Program-made: the position numbers and the translations under genes | Notes under the pieces: model-generated | The model's database searches: none | Told to the model about the DNA's origin: nothing | What the model saw: only the letters and a program-made list of their open reading frames with translations | In this document: positions 10,239 through 18,489 of the stretch, piece after piece | Numbering within the stretch: the first letter of the stretch is position 1 | Layout of the letters: each line of letters begins with the position of its first letter | Source of the DNA: Minisyncoccota bacterium | GTDB taxonomy: Bacteria; Patescibacteriota; Minisyncoccia; Phycocordibacterales; CAIJYI01 | Reading direction: 5' to 3' | DNA length: 64,000 nt | Assembly: GCA_023229825.1 (NCBI GenBank) | Contig: JALNYN010000002.1 | Span: 17,789-81,788, forward strand

Positions 10239-11588
10239 TTACAATAGCGCCCGTATCTGTGACAGCTCCTCGACTAACACATCATCGTCTTTGATCGAGC
10301 TTTTTATTTTATCGCACGAATGTATTACGGTCGTATGGTCTCTTCCTCCGAATTTTTCTCCGATCGTCGGATAAGAAACAGTGAAGTCCTCGCGAAGAAG
10401 ATACATGGCTATCTGACGGGGTTTTACGATCTCTTTCCTCCTTGTTTTTTCATAGATCGCTGATTCGTCGATATGGTAGAATTCAGAAACGACCTTAATG
10501 ACATCCTTAATTGAAGCCGTCTTTTTGGGTATTATATTGTTTTTTATCAGAAGTTTGATCTCGGTTTGCTGGAGTTCCCTGTTTTTGAGCCTGGCTTGGC
10601 ATATAATGGAATTGATAATACCTTCCAGTTCCCGAATACTGCACTCGAGCGATTCGGCAATGAATTTTACGCTGTCATCGTTGAGAGAAAAGTTACTCGA
10701 TTGGATCTTTCTTCTGATGATCGCCATTCTTGATTCGTATTCGGGTGTCGTGATGTCCACGATCATTCCGGCGCCGAAACGCGATTTAAGGCGATCTTCC
10801 AGTCCATGGATGTGGTTCGGATGGCGATCGGATGAAAAGATGATCTGTTTATTGTTTTCGTAAAGAATATTAAAAAGATGGAAAAGTTCTTCTTGAGTCT
10901 TTTCTTTTCCTGAGAGGAACTGAATATCATCCATGATAAAAACATCGTATTTTCGATATTTTTCTTTAAAATCATGTACTCGGTTGTTCTGAACGGAGTT
11001 GATGTAGTCCATCGAAAATTTTTCCGATGTGATGTAGTAGATCTTTTTACCGGATTTTTCCTCTTTAAGCTTGTTTCCCACCGCCTGCGCGATATGTGTT
11101 TTTCCAAGTCCCACTCCCCCATGGATAAAAAGCGGGTTGTAGGTTTGACCGGGGTGCTTTACCACTGCTTGCGTGGCGGCATAGGCCAATTCATTGAATG
11201 ATCCGATGACGAGCGTGTCAAACGTATATCTTGGATTCAGATTATCTTCTTTATTTATATACAGGTCGCTCAAAGGAAGTTCTTGCACATAAGGCTGTCC
11301 GGTTCGCGAAGGAGATGAATCCTGGCTTTTTTCTTTCATGGTCGGCGTGACGATCACATATTCGACGCCTCGGACGCCTTCGGAAATATTCCGGAGCGTC
11401 TTTAATATAAACTTATCGTATTTTGAATACAGCCATTCTTTTACAAATTCGTTCGGCAAACCGACGTATACGATCCCATTTTCGTGTTTAATGATCCGAG
11501 TGTTTTTGAACCACGTACTGAAGTTTGCTCGCGAAACAGTGAGCTCTACCTCCGCTAAGACGCTATCCCAAAGTTGCTTATTATCCAT
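10239..11588 (-). CDS. dnaA: Chromosomal replication initiator protein DnaA
   Basis: 449 aa. Walker A GVGLGKTHIAQAVGN, Walker B/sensor FIMDDIQFLSGKEKTQEELFHLFN, C-terminal DNA-binding helix IGEKFGGRDHTTVIHSCDKI. Confidence 0.95.
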   Translation of the reverse strand: MDNKQLWDSVLAEVELTVSRANFSTWFKNTRIIKHENGIVYVGLPNEFVKEWLYSKYDKFILKTLRNISEGVRGVEYVIVTPTMKEKSQDSSPSRTGQPYVQELPLSDLYINKEDNLNPRYTFDTLVIGSFNELAYAATQAVVKHPGQTYNPLFIHGGVGLGKTHIAQAVGNKLKEEKSGKKIYYITSEKFSMDYINSVQNNRVHDFKEKYRKYDVFIMDDIQFLSGKEKTQEELFHLFNILYENNKQIIFSSDRHPNHIHGLEDRLKSRFGAGMIVDITTPEYESRMAIIRRKIQSSNFSLNDDSVKFIAESLECSIRELEGIINSIICQARLKNRELQQTEIKLLIKNNIIPKKTASIKDVIKVVSEFYHIDESAIYEKTRRKEIVKPRQIAMYLLREDFTVSYPTIGEKFGGRDHTTVIHSCDKIKSSIKDDDVLVEELSQIRALL

Positions 11589-11806
11589 CTTCGGTTTTGA
11601 TATGATTAAACGTAATCATATTATACGCGCGAAGTGAAAAATAGAAAACTTGTTCAACCTCTATTCATATGTTGATAAGATGTTTATAACTTGGGGATAA
11701 GAAATTTACCTGATCTTTAACTGGTGTTTCTTGAGAAAATAAGGATTCAATACTTGAATAATTTTCAATTTACAATTTTTAATTTTCAAACACGGTTCGT
11801 TTAGGT

Positions 11807-11870
11807 TTGAAAATTTTTACTTGAAAATTCATTGAAAATTGAAAATTCGTACATTGAAAATTATTTTTAC
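11807..11870. promoter_or_regulatory. AT-rich TTGAAAATT 9-mer repeat array in the dnaA/rpmH divergent intergenic region (candidate DNA-unwinding element and promoter region)
   Basis: At least 5 copies of ttgaaaatt between 11807 and 11870. A TTATCCCCA-like box (tggggataa 11689-11697) lies upstream. Confidence 0.4.
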
Positions 11871-11912
11871 AAAAAGCTTGATTTATCTAGAGTTTTGTTC
11901 TATACTCCCCAT

Positions 11913-12047
11913 ATGTCTCAAACATACCAACCTAAAAAGAGGAAAAGAGCTAAAACGCACGGTTTTCTCGTACGGACAAGAACCGTCGGAGGGCGCAATG
12001 TGTTGAAGCGCCGAAGACAGAAAGGACGCGCGAAGCTTGCTGTTTAG
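11913..12047 (+). CDS. rpmH: 50S ribosomal protein L34
   Basis: [44 protein letters not shown]. The internal ATG at 11913 is the true start; the track ORF begins upstream at 11832. Confidence 0.95.
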   Translation: MSQTYQPKKRKRAKTHGFLVRTRTVGGRNVLKRRRQKGRAKLAV

Positions 12048-12070
12048 CTTTTGTTTTACGAATAAAAAAC

Positions 12071-12096
12071 AAAACCCCTTGTTTTTAGGGGTTTTT
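12071..12096 (+). terminator. Rho-independent terminator after rpmH
   Basis: aaaacccct-tgttttt-aggggtttt followed by a T-run. Confidence 0.6.
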
Positions 12097-12284
12097 GTGA
12101 ATAAATAGCGAGTAAAATTTCCAATACCCAATTACCAATTTCCAATAAAATATCCAATGTTCAATAGTTAGTTTTTTTGGAAATTAGATATTTGATATTT
12201 GAAATTTTTTAGAAAATAGTGTGATATACTAAGTAATTAGTGATATATTCAACGAAATTTTAAATAATCACAATAAGTACCACT

Positions 12285-12629
12285 ATGTTCCCCAAGAAAA
12301 ATCGCATTTCAAAAAGAGAATTTGATGGACTGATGAAAAACGGCCGCGTTTTTCATTCCCCGTTTTTTTCCCTGCGCATTATGAGGGGCGGTAAGGATAT
12401 GTCTAAATTCGCGTTTGTTATCTCAAAAAAAGTGGCGAAAAATGCGGCAGACCGGAACAAACTGAAAAGAAGAGGATTTCACGCGCTGCGAGAAATCATT
12501 TTTACGCCAAAAATGGATATGAAAGGATATATGGCGGCCTTTTTCTATAAAAAAGAAGGAAAGAATATGGGGTTTGATGAAATAAGAGGAGAGATACAGG
12601 GATTGTTGAAGAAAAGCGGGGTTTTGTAA
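12285..12629 (+). CDS. rnpA: Ribonuclease P protein component
   Basis: 114 aa, basic; FVISKKVAKNAADRNKLKRRGFHALRE; in the conserved rpmH-rnpA-yidD-yidC order. Confidence 0.9.
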   Translation: MFPKKNRISKREFDGLMKNGRVFHSPFFSLRIMRGGKDMSKFAFVISKKVAKNAADRNKLKRRGFHALREIIFTPKMDMKGYMAAFFYKKEGKNMGFDEIRGEIQGLLKKSGVL

Positions 12630-12633
12630 AAAA

Positions 12634-12718
12634 TGATTTACGGATTTAATGATTTATAGATTTAAGAATACGATATGGATCGTAAATCCGTAAATCCGTA
12701 AATCCTTAAATCTGTAAA
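12634..12718. repeat. Inverted arrays of the GATTTACG 8-mer in the rnpA-yidD spacer
   Basis: Left gatttacggatttaatgatttatagatttaag. Right cgtaaatccgtaaatccgtaaatccttaaatctgtaaa is the reverse-complement array. Same 8-mer as the tandem array at 61295-61384. Confidence 0.8.
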
Positions 12719-12723
12719 ATATT

Positions 12724-12951
12724 ATGAAATACTTCCTCCTCCACCTCATAAAGATCTATAAAAAGATATTTTCCCCTGATAAGGGTATATTTCGCCGCCG
12801 CATGCCAACCTGTGCCTTCTTCCCTACTTGCTCCGATTATGCCGAGGAAGCGATAAAAAAGCATGGTGCGGCAAAAGGATCATTATTGGCGTTCAGACGA
12901 ATCCTGCGCTGTCATCCGTGGCAAAGCGAGCATTTTGATCCGGTACCGTAA
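12724..12951 (+). CDS. yidD: Membrane protein insertion efficiency factor YidD
   Basis: 75 aa; IYKKIFSPDKG...CAFFPTCSDYAEEAIKKHG is the hallmark YidD motif. Confidence 0.9.
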   Translation: MKYFLLHLIKIYKKIFSPDKGIFRRRMPTCAFFPTCSDYAEEAIKKHGAAKGSLLAFRRILRCHPWQSEHFDPVP

Positions 12952-12972
12952 AAAAGTTTAAAGTAAAAAGTA

Positions 12973-12997
12973 AAACCGCCGGATATTCGGCGGTTTT
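12973..12997. terminator. Bidirectional rho-independent terminator between convergent yidD and the 13003 gene
   Basis: aaaaccgccg-gatatt-cggcggtttt hairpin flanked by A/T runs on both sides. Confidence 0.6.
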
Positions 12998-13002
12998 GTA
13001 AT

Positions 13003-13491
13003 TTATGGCGCGAGTTTTGAGGGAAATGGTATTCCGTCCGGACAAAAACTTAAATGATAATCCGTTCCGGAAATATCATAGTCTGTGTCGATCGGTACGG
13101 TAACCGCCACGAATAATCGGCAGGCCTCATGTCTTCCAACATCAAGAACATCCAATAAACCCTGTTCTGCTTGTTTCCTTGTGTTTTCAAGGTTTCCTCC
13201 AAGCAGCGATACAATAAAACTTTGACAGTACTCATCGACTTCGGGGCATTTTTGATTGGAATAGAATATGATCTGATAATCTTTCTCTTTTACTATGATC
13301 GCGTCATATTCTTTACTCAGGATTTGATCCTGGGGCAGATTAAATAAAAAGTTTTTGACGGAAACTTTTCCATGGTTCAGCGCATTGGGTTTCCCGATAT
13401 CCTTTGCTGAAACAAGAATTCTTCCCGTACAAGCCGACAGTGAAATTGCCACAAAAATGGCAAGTATCAGGTGTATAACATATTTCTTCAT
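13003..13491 (-). CDS. Small secreted protein, paralog of the C-terminal part of the 16722..17339 product
   Basis: Signal peptide/lipobox-like MKKYVIHLILAIFVAISLSAC. C-terminus ACRLFVAVTVPIDTDYDISGTDYHLSFCPDGIPFPSKL aligns with ACKLYVALTVPFTVSEKAAGTDYHLSFCPNGIPLPKNL of the 16722 ORF. Confidence 0.6.
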   Translation of the reverse strand: MKKYVIHLILAIFVAISLSACTGRILVSAKDIGKPNALNHGKVSVKNFLFNLPQDQILSKEYDAIIVKEKDYQIIFYSNQKCPEVDEYCQSFIVSLLGGNLENTRKQAEQGLLDVLDVGRHEACRLFVAVTVPIDTDYDISGTDYHLSFCPDGIPFPSKLAP

Positions 13492-13617
13492 TGCCTATTT
13501 CTCCAAGTAAATGAACTATATTTTGTCACTAAATTAACAAAATAATGAAGTATTGTCAAGTTTTCATGAACTGCTCACGCTTTTTACCAACCAAAAAATT
13601 TCCTTTTCGCCGCTGCA

Positions 13618-13680
13618 CCAAGGACTGTCCTTTCCCCGTCATTCCGCTACGCTCTATTCCTCCTTAAGGACAGTCCTTGG
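13618..13680. repeat. 13-bp perfect inverted repeat (ccaaggactgtcc / ggacagtccttgg) with a 37-nt loop
   Basis: Loop contains cgtcattccg, the 5' signature of the family-C hairpin element. Upstream of the 13819 gene. Confidence 0.7.
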
Positions 13681-13818
13681 TTCCGCTATTTCTGCAGTAA
13701 AATTAGGAAATTTTAGGAGTATGAGCAGATACTTCATGAAGCGAAAAATTTGATTAATTTGATTATATATGCTATACTATATCAGGTTAAATTATGACCG
13801 GAAACAGGAGTTCTTTTT

Positions 13819-14250
13819 ATGAACGATATCGACAGAAGACAAGCAGAAGAAGACAGAAGAAAAGAATTGGAAAGACGCATCGCAGAGCTGGAAACGGAAA
13901 ATGGTGTTTTGCGTTCCCTTCTCGATAGAAGACAGCCGGAAGAAAGAAGACTGACGGTGGACGAAGGCGCGGGGTCTTATCTTTCGATGAGAAAGTGGAG
14001 CCTGATGGTTTTTATCTTATTTTTAGTCTTTGAAGAATGGGCTAGAACGAAGGGTAATTCCATTGTGAACACACTTGGGCCATATTCTCAGGATTACATG
14101 TTCTATGCGAACATTATGATCTATTCCCGTTTAGGGATCGCCGCCTCATTTCTTTGGGGTACCATCGGTTCCATTTTTCTTTACTTTAAAAGAAAGAGCA
14201 ATAAAAAATTAATAGCGGAAAACGAAAAAAAATATAAAGATCATTCGTGA
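13819..14250 (+). CDS. Hypothetical membrane protein with N-terminal coiled-coil (RRQAEEDRRKELERRIAELETENGVLRSLL)
   Basis: 143 aa, two hydrophobic helices in the C-terminal half. Followed by a strong terminator (14259-14290: cggcggaaggt-tcg-accttccgccg + T7). Confidence 0.55.
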   Translation: MNDIDRRQAEEDRRKELERRIAELETENGVLRSLLDRRQPEERRLTVDEGAGSYLSMRKWSLMVFILFLVFEEWARTKGNSIVNTLGPYSQDYMFYANIMIYSRLGIAASFLWGTIGSIFLYFKRKSNKKLIAENEKKYKDHS

Positions 14251-14314
14251 TATTTGCACGGCGGAAGGTTCGACCTTCCGCCGTTTTTTTGCGACAGAAG
14301 TTGCTGTAGTACTC

Positions 14315-15061
14315 TTGTTATTCTTGCCATTTTCGCATACAATTAGCACTATGCAAACAATATTTCACAACGTATTTTACCTTCCCATGTACAATTTCCT
14401 TGTTTTTTTGGTGGATATTTTACCCGGAGGTAATATTGGACTTGCGGTAATTATTCTCACGATCATCATTAAATTGGCCCTTTTTCCGCTTTCTCAAAAA
14501 TCCATTACCACACAGGCTAAAATGCGCAAGATCGAGCCGGAAATGAAAAAAATAAAGGAAAAACATAAGGATCAAAAAGAACAGGCTCAAAAAATCATGG
14601 AATTATATAAAGAACATGATCTCAATCCTTTTTCCGGTTGCTTTCTTATGCTGCTGCAGCTGCCCGTCATATTCGCGCTTTATTACGTTTTTCTTCAAGG
14701 GTTTAAATTTGATACCGCCTCACTGTATTCTTTCGTTACATTACCCGAAACGATAAATTCTCAATTCTTGGGGATCGATCTTTTTGGAAAAAGCGTTATT
14801 CTTGCTCTCATTGCCGGAGCCTCGCAGTATTATCAGCTTCGTTACGCGATGCCTGCCGTTACTCCGGTCGAGAAGGGTAAGAATCTCACTTTTCAGGAAG
14901 AATTCACGAGAAATATGACGCTTCAAATGAAGTATATTTTTCCCGTCATGGTATTTTTTATCGCCTATACGATATCATCAGCCATCGCGCTCTATTGGAT
15001 CGTCAGCAATCTCTTTGCTATCGCACAGGAATTGTACGTAAGAAAACAAGCTGCTAAATAA
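14315..15061 (+). CDS. yidC: Membrane protein insertase YidC/Oxa1 (short, Gram-positive/CPR type)
   Basis: IILTIIIKLALFPLSQKSITTQAKMRKIEPEMKKIKEKHKDQKEQAQKIMELYKEHDLNPFSGCFLMLLQLPVIFALY is the conserved YidC core; multiple TMs. The true start may be the internal Met at 14348. Terminator at 15069-15093 (atcgacc-acag-ggtcgat + T7). Confidence 0.9.
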   Translation: MLFLPFSHTISTMQTIFHNVFYLPMYNFLVFLVDILPGGNIGLAVIILTIIIKLALFPLSQKSITTQAKMRKIEPEMKKIKEKHKDQKEQAQKIMELYKEHDLNPFSGCFLMLLQLPVIFALYYVFLQGFKFDTASLYSFVTLPETINSQFLGIDLFGKSVILALIAGASQYYQLRYAMPAVTPVEKGKNLTFQEEFTRNMTLQMKYIFPVMVFFIAYTISSAIALYWIVSNLFAIAQELYVRKQAAK

Positions 15062-15098
15062 GAAAAAAATCGACCACAGGGTCGATTTTTTTGAATTT

Positions 15099-15782
15099 CT
15101 ATCTCTGTATCGCTTTACAATCATCTAAAGCTGATCCCGTGAACACCAATGCCGCCTGACAGGTAACAATTGAGTCATAACAAGACGATACCGCTTGGGT
15201 TTGTATGTGAACGAAACAATATTTTGTGACGGTCGGTGCCGCAAAATCTCTCGCCTCACAGTTACTGCCTCCATAGCTCGCAGCCGCTTGGCATTGATCA
15301 GGCGTGTCAAAACACATATACGCCGAAAGGTTTCTGTTGTCGATGGTGTGTTTGCAGTATTTTGTCGTGTTGGTGGGTTGTTGCTGTTGTATTGTTTGTG
15401 ACGGAGCTAACTTTACCAAATTCAACCCTGTTCTCATAAGATCCGGATTGATGGTAACGATGATGACGGTTGATATCAGAAGAATCAATAGTCCGAATAT
15501 TGCCTCCCCCATCTTCTTTTTTCCCTCGGCTTTTGCGGAAGGGACGGCCGCAGTGACGTACCCGAGCGCTCCAATGATGATCATGATCACCGCCGCGATG
15601 ATGGCAAGACCTACTCCGGCGACAAAAACACCTTTCATGTATTCCACAAGCGTGGGGGTAGCGGATGTTGTCGGTATTGGGGCAAGAAGGGTGTATCCCG
15701 GATTTTGCGCAAAAGCGAAAAGCGGAGAAAAGAAATAGGCGCCGGGTATAAAATAGAAAATTGTTTTTTTTGCGTAATTCAT
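15099..15782 (-). CDS. VirB2/TrbC-like pilin-family protein, paralog 1: shared N-terminal module plus Cys-rich C-terminal domain
   Basis: Signal peptide, then LLAPIPTTSATPTLVEYMKGVFVAGVGLAIIAAVIMIIIGALGYVTAAVPSAKAEGKKKMGEAIFGLLILLISTVIIVTINPDLMRTGLNLVKLAP. That is two hydrophobic helices separated by a short basic loop (VirB2/TrbC topology). C-terminal 90 aa has 10 Cys. Confidence 0.6.
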   Translation of the reverse strand: MNYAKKTIFYFIPGAYFFSPLFAFAQNPGYTLLAPIPTTSATPTLVEYMKGVFVAGVGLAIIAAVIMIIIGALGYVTAAVPSAKAEGKKKMGEAIFGLLILLISTVIIVTINPDLMRTGLNLVKLAPSQTIQQQQPTNTTKYCKHTIDNRNLSAYMCFDTPDQCQAAASYGGSNCEARDFAAPTVTKYCFVHIQTQAVSSCYDSIVTCQAALVFTGSALDDCKAIQR

Positions 15783-15814
15783 GATCGAGGATAAATATGG
15801 TAAGTATTTGTTTG

Positions 15815-16720
15815 TTATTTAACTAAAACATCCCAATGATCGCTTTCCATGGCATAAATTGCACCGCTCGGGGATTGATATTGCAGCGCTCCATCGCTTC
15901 TTCTTCCAATATTGGTATAGTTATCCATAATGTAATTTGAAACGGAACTTGTTGTCCTAAGGTCAACTTTATATCCGTTAGCATGACTGTAGGTGCCATC
16001 GGCATGACCGGGTTCGGAACCTGCCGTAACGACGATATCGGCCCCGGATTGCTGTTGAAGATTTAACACCTCGTGAAGAGTTGATTCGTTGACGCCCGCC
16101 AATATGGTTTGCGGCGGTTGTGCATTTACTGTGATATGGCCCGTATCGGTAAGCAGAGATCGGTTCGCTTGTTCATTGCCGGTTGATTGTTGTGTTCCCG
16201 TTTGTGTTTGCGGGGGCGGGTTTGTCGTGCAAGTGTATGACCGCTGCGGACCTTCACACTCCGCCAGAGTTGAGTAACAGGCATTATTAAGAACGCCGGT
16301 ACGGCAATACTGGGTCGCGGTTTGCTGCTGTTGCTGTGTTACCGATGTCGGAGCTAACTTTACCAAATTCAACCCTGTTCTCATAAGATCCGGATTGATG
16401 GTAACGATAATAACCGTCGATATCAGAAGAATCAATAGTCCGAATATTGCCTCCCCCATTTTCTTTTTACCTTCAGCTTTTGCGGAAGGGACGGCTGCTG
16501 TGACGTACCCGAGCGCTCCAACGATGATCATGATCACCGCCGCGATGATGGCAAGACCTACTCCGGCGACAAAAACACCTTTCAAATACTCTACGGCCGA
16601 TGGAGCCGCTGATGTTGTCGGTATTGGGGCAAGAAGTTTATATCCCCGTGCAAAAGCGAAAGTTGGGAAAAAAATACTTAAACAGGTAAAAAAGGTAAAG
16701 TAACTTTTTTTTCTTTTCAT
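15815..16720 (-). CDS. VirB2/TrbC-like pilin-family protein, paralog 2, with a different C-terminal domain
   Basis: Same N-terminal module (…LLAPIPTTSAAPSAVEYLKGVFVAGVGLAIIAAVIMIIVGALGYVTAAVPSAKAEGKKKMGEAIFGLLILLISTVIIVTINPDLMRTGLNLVKLAP). About 290 nt (16350-16640) is ~95% identical at the DNA level to 15404-15700. C-terminal domain ...GHADGTYSHANGYKVDLRTT...ESDHWDVLVK is unrelated to paralogs 1 and 3. Start set at ATG 16718-16720 (MKRKKSYF), 1 nt after the stop of the upstream gene; the track ORF extends to 16801. Confidence 0.6.
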   Translation of the reverse strand: MKRKKSYFTFFTCLSIFFPTFAFARGYKLLAPIPTTSAAPSAVEYLKGVFVAGVGLAIIAAVIMIIVGALGYVTAAVPSAKAEGKKKMGEAIFGLLILLISTVIIVTINPDLMRTGLNLVKLAPTSVTQQQQQTATQYCRTGVLNNACYSTLAECEGPQRSYTCTTNPPPQTQTGTQQSTGNEQANRSLLTDTGHITVNAQPPQTILAGVNESTLHEVLNLQQQSGADIVVTAGSEPGHADGTYSHANGYKVDLRTTSSVSNYIMDNYTNIGRRSDGALQYQSPSGAIYAMESDHWDVLVK

Positions 16721-16721
16721 A

Positions 16722-17339
16722 CTAATCATTGAGATTTTTTGGCAAAGGTATTCCGTTGGGGCAGAAACTGAGATGATAGTCTGTACCGGCAGCTTTTTCA
16801 CTTACGGTAAAAGGAACGGTAAGCGCGACGTAGAGTTTGCATGCATCCTCTTTTGTGATCTCCAGTTTATCCAGAAAAGCCTGCTCAGCTTCTTCTCTTG
16901 TGATATAAAGATCGCCGCCCTCCAAGCTGATGTAAAAACTCTGATACTTTGCGTAGAACATGAAACTGTAGTTTACTCCTTCTTTAACTACGGCGTCATT
17001 ATCTTTATCGATGATCCTTGTGTAAGGGCTGAGATAGAAATTTTTCATTGAGAGCGTTTCCCCTTCCATGGTGGTCACTTTTATATTTTCAGGCGATTCC
17101 GCTTTTTTGGGCGCTGTCGACGTGCTCGTTTCATCCGGTTTTGCGGCGGCTGGCTTAGGAGTGGATCCGTTATTTTTTTGACTTACCGGAAAAGTGGGGT
17201 AATTAGTGTCGGATGGCTGTACTTCCGGAGCGTTTTTTTGCATTTTCCAATAAATGAATCCGCCGATGATGAGGATAACCGCCAAAATGTTGAGGGTGAT
17301 AATGATCTTTTTATTCATAGAGATCGATATTAAAAACAC
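16722..17339 (-). CDS. Secreted protein (N-terminal TM/signal anchor), paralog of 13003..13491
   Basis: 205 aa; MNKKIIITLNILAVILIIGGFIYW...; C-terminal homology to the 13003 product (GTDYHLSFCPNGIPLPKNL). Translationally coupled to pilin paralog 2. Confidence 0.6.
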   Translation of the reverse strand: MFLISISMNKKIIITLNILAVILIIGGFIYWKMQKNAPEVQPSDTNYPTFPVSQKNNGSTPKPAAAKPDETSTSTAPKKAESPENIKVTTMEGETLSMKNFYLSPYTRIIDKDNDAVVKEGVNYSFMFYAKYQSFYISLEGGDLYITREEAEQAFLDKLEITKEDACKLYVALTVPFTVSEKAAGTDYHLSFCPNGIPLPKNLND

Positions 17340-17342
17340 TTA

Positions 17343-18287
17343 TTAACGCGTAAAACCGCACTTCGAGTTCGCTCCCCATTGACCCCAATGGTTGCCGCCA
17401 TTCGATATTTCTACCGCCTTGGCAATATTGATATCCGGGTCAGTCGCAGCTGAAACACACTTTTGATATTGAGATTGTTCTATTACTGTGCAATCGTAAT
17501 TCGGCGCGGAAAAAGGGTGTAAAGGGTCGGCTTTATGATACTTATAGAGACATATCAATCCTCCAAGATCGTGCATGGTAAGATTGACCTGAAAAAGACC
17601 GAATGAGAATGAATTTCCGTCTCGGCATCGGTCTACCCTGCTCGCCAGTGACGCGTTCCCTCCACTTTCCGCATTGCAGATGGATGATGCCTTTTCTGCG
17701 TTCGCTCCAAAATATTTTGTAAGCGCTTGAACACTGCAAGGCCCCGGAGTGGTGATAGGTTTGCATTGTCCGCTGCCTGCTCCACCGCCCCCGCCTCCTC
17801 CGCCTCCGCCACCACCAGAACCGCCGCCTCCTGTTCCGTTGCCATATGGGTTGTATACGATGGGCAGCGGTGGCGATGGTGGGAGTTTTGCGAGATCCAT
17901 TCCTGCGGTTAACAGATCAGGATTAAGGGTGAAGAGTAACAGATAGGAAAAAATTGCCACAAAAAGTCCGCCGATCGCTTCAAATATCTTTTTCTTTCCT
18001 TCAGATTTTGCTGATGGAACCGCCGCCATGACATACTGAATACCTCCTATAACTATCATTATGACAGCAAAAATGACTGACATGCCGACAAACAATACCA
18101 CCAGTCCTTTTATGTAGGTCGGGAAAGAAAGAGATCCCGCGTTTGAAATAGTCGGGATCTCTGCGAGTAATTCATACCCCCTTTGCGCGAATGTGCTTTT
18201 GGCGGATAATACAAAAGAATAAAGCAACACAAGGAGAGCCGGGAGGAAGATATAAACGATATTTTTTTTATTTTTCTGTGACATCAT
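17343..18287 (-). CDS. VirB2/TrbC-like pilin-family protein, paralog 3, fused via a poly-Gly linker to a lysozyme-like/transglycosylase-like C-terminal domain
   Basis: N-terminal module LLAEIPTISNAGSLSFPTYIKGLVVLFVGMSVIFAVIMIVIGGIQYVMAAVPSAKSEGKKKIFEAIGGLFVAIFSYLLLFTLNPDLL. Linker GGGGSGGGGGGGGGGGAGSG. C-terminal CNAESGGNASLASRVDRCRDGNSFSFGLFQVN resembles the ES...G(L/F)(M/F)Q catalytic signature of lytic transglycosylase/Rpf-like lysozyme folds; this is inference. Confidence 0.55.
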   Translation of the reverse strand: MMSQKNKKNIVYIFLPALLVLLYSFVLSAKSTFAQRGYELLAEIPTISNAGSLSFPTYIKGLVVLFVGMSVIFAVIMIVIGGIQYVMAAVPSAKSEGKKKIFEAIGGLFVAIFSYLLLFTLNPDLLTAGMDLAKLPPSPPLPIVYNPYGNGTGGGGSGGGGGGGGGGGGAGSGQCKPITTPGPCSVQALTKYFGANAEKASSICNAESGGNASLASRVDRCRDGNSFSFGLFQVNLTMHDLGGLICLYKYHKADPLHPFSAPNYDCTVIEQSQYQKCVSAATDPDINIAKAVEISNGGNHWGQWGANSKCGFTR

Positions 18288-18317
18288 ATTTTCGGCTTCA
18301 CCGGCTGATTTTAAGTT

Positions 18318-18437
18318 AAAATTTAAAATGAAAAACTAAAAACGACAAGGTAAAATTAAAAAGACCACAAAACACTATTTGGAAATAATTTTTCCTTTTT
18401 AATTGTCGTTTTTAGTTTTTCATTTTTCAATTTTAAT
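18318..18437. repeat. ~30-bp-arm inverted repeat built from A-rich heptamers (ttaaaatttaaaatgaaaaactaaaaacgacaa ... ttgtcgtttttagtttttcatttttcaattttaa)
   Basis: Near-perfect arms separated by ~52 nt. The 26-mer ttgtcgtttttagtttttcattttt recurs at 33301-33327. Related A-rich heptamer arrays at 10196-10245, 12960-12985, 23128-23160, 23920-23950, 24925-25055 and 25484-25515. Confidence 0.8.
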
Positions 18438-18489
18438 TGAATAAACATTAAACAAGATCTATTTGTGTAAGCAGGTATGATTCTCGTCC

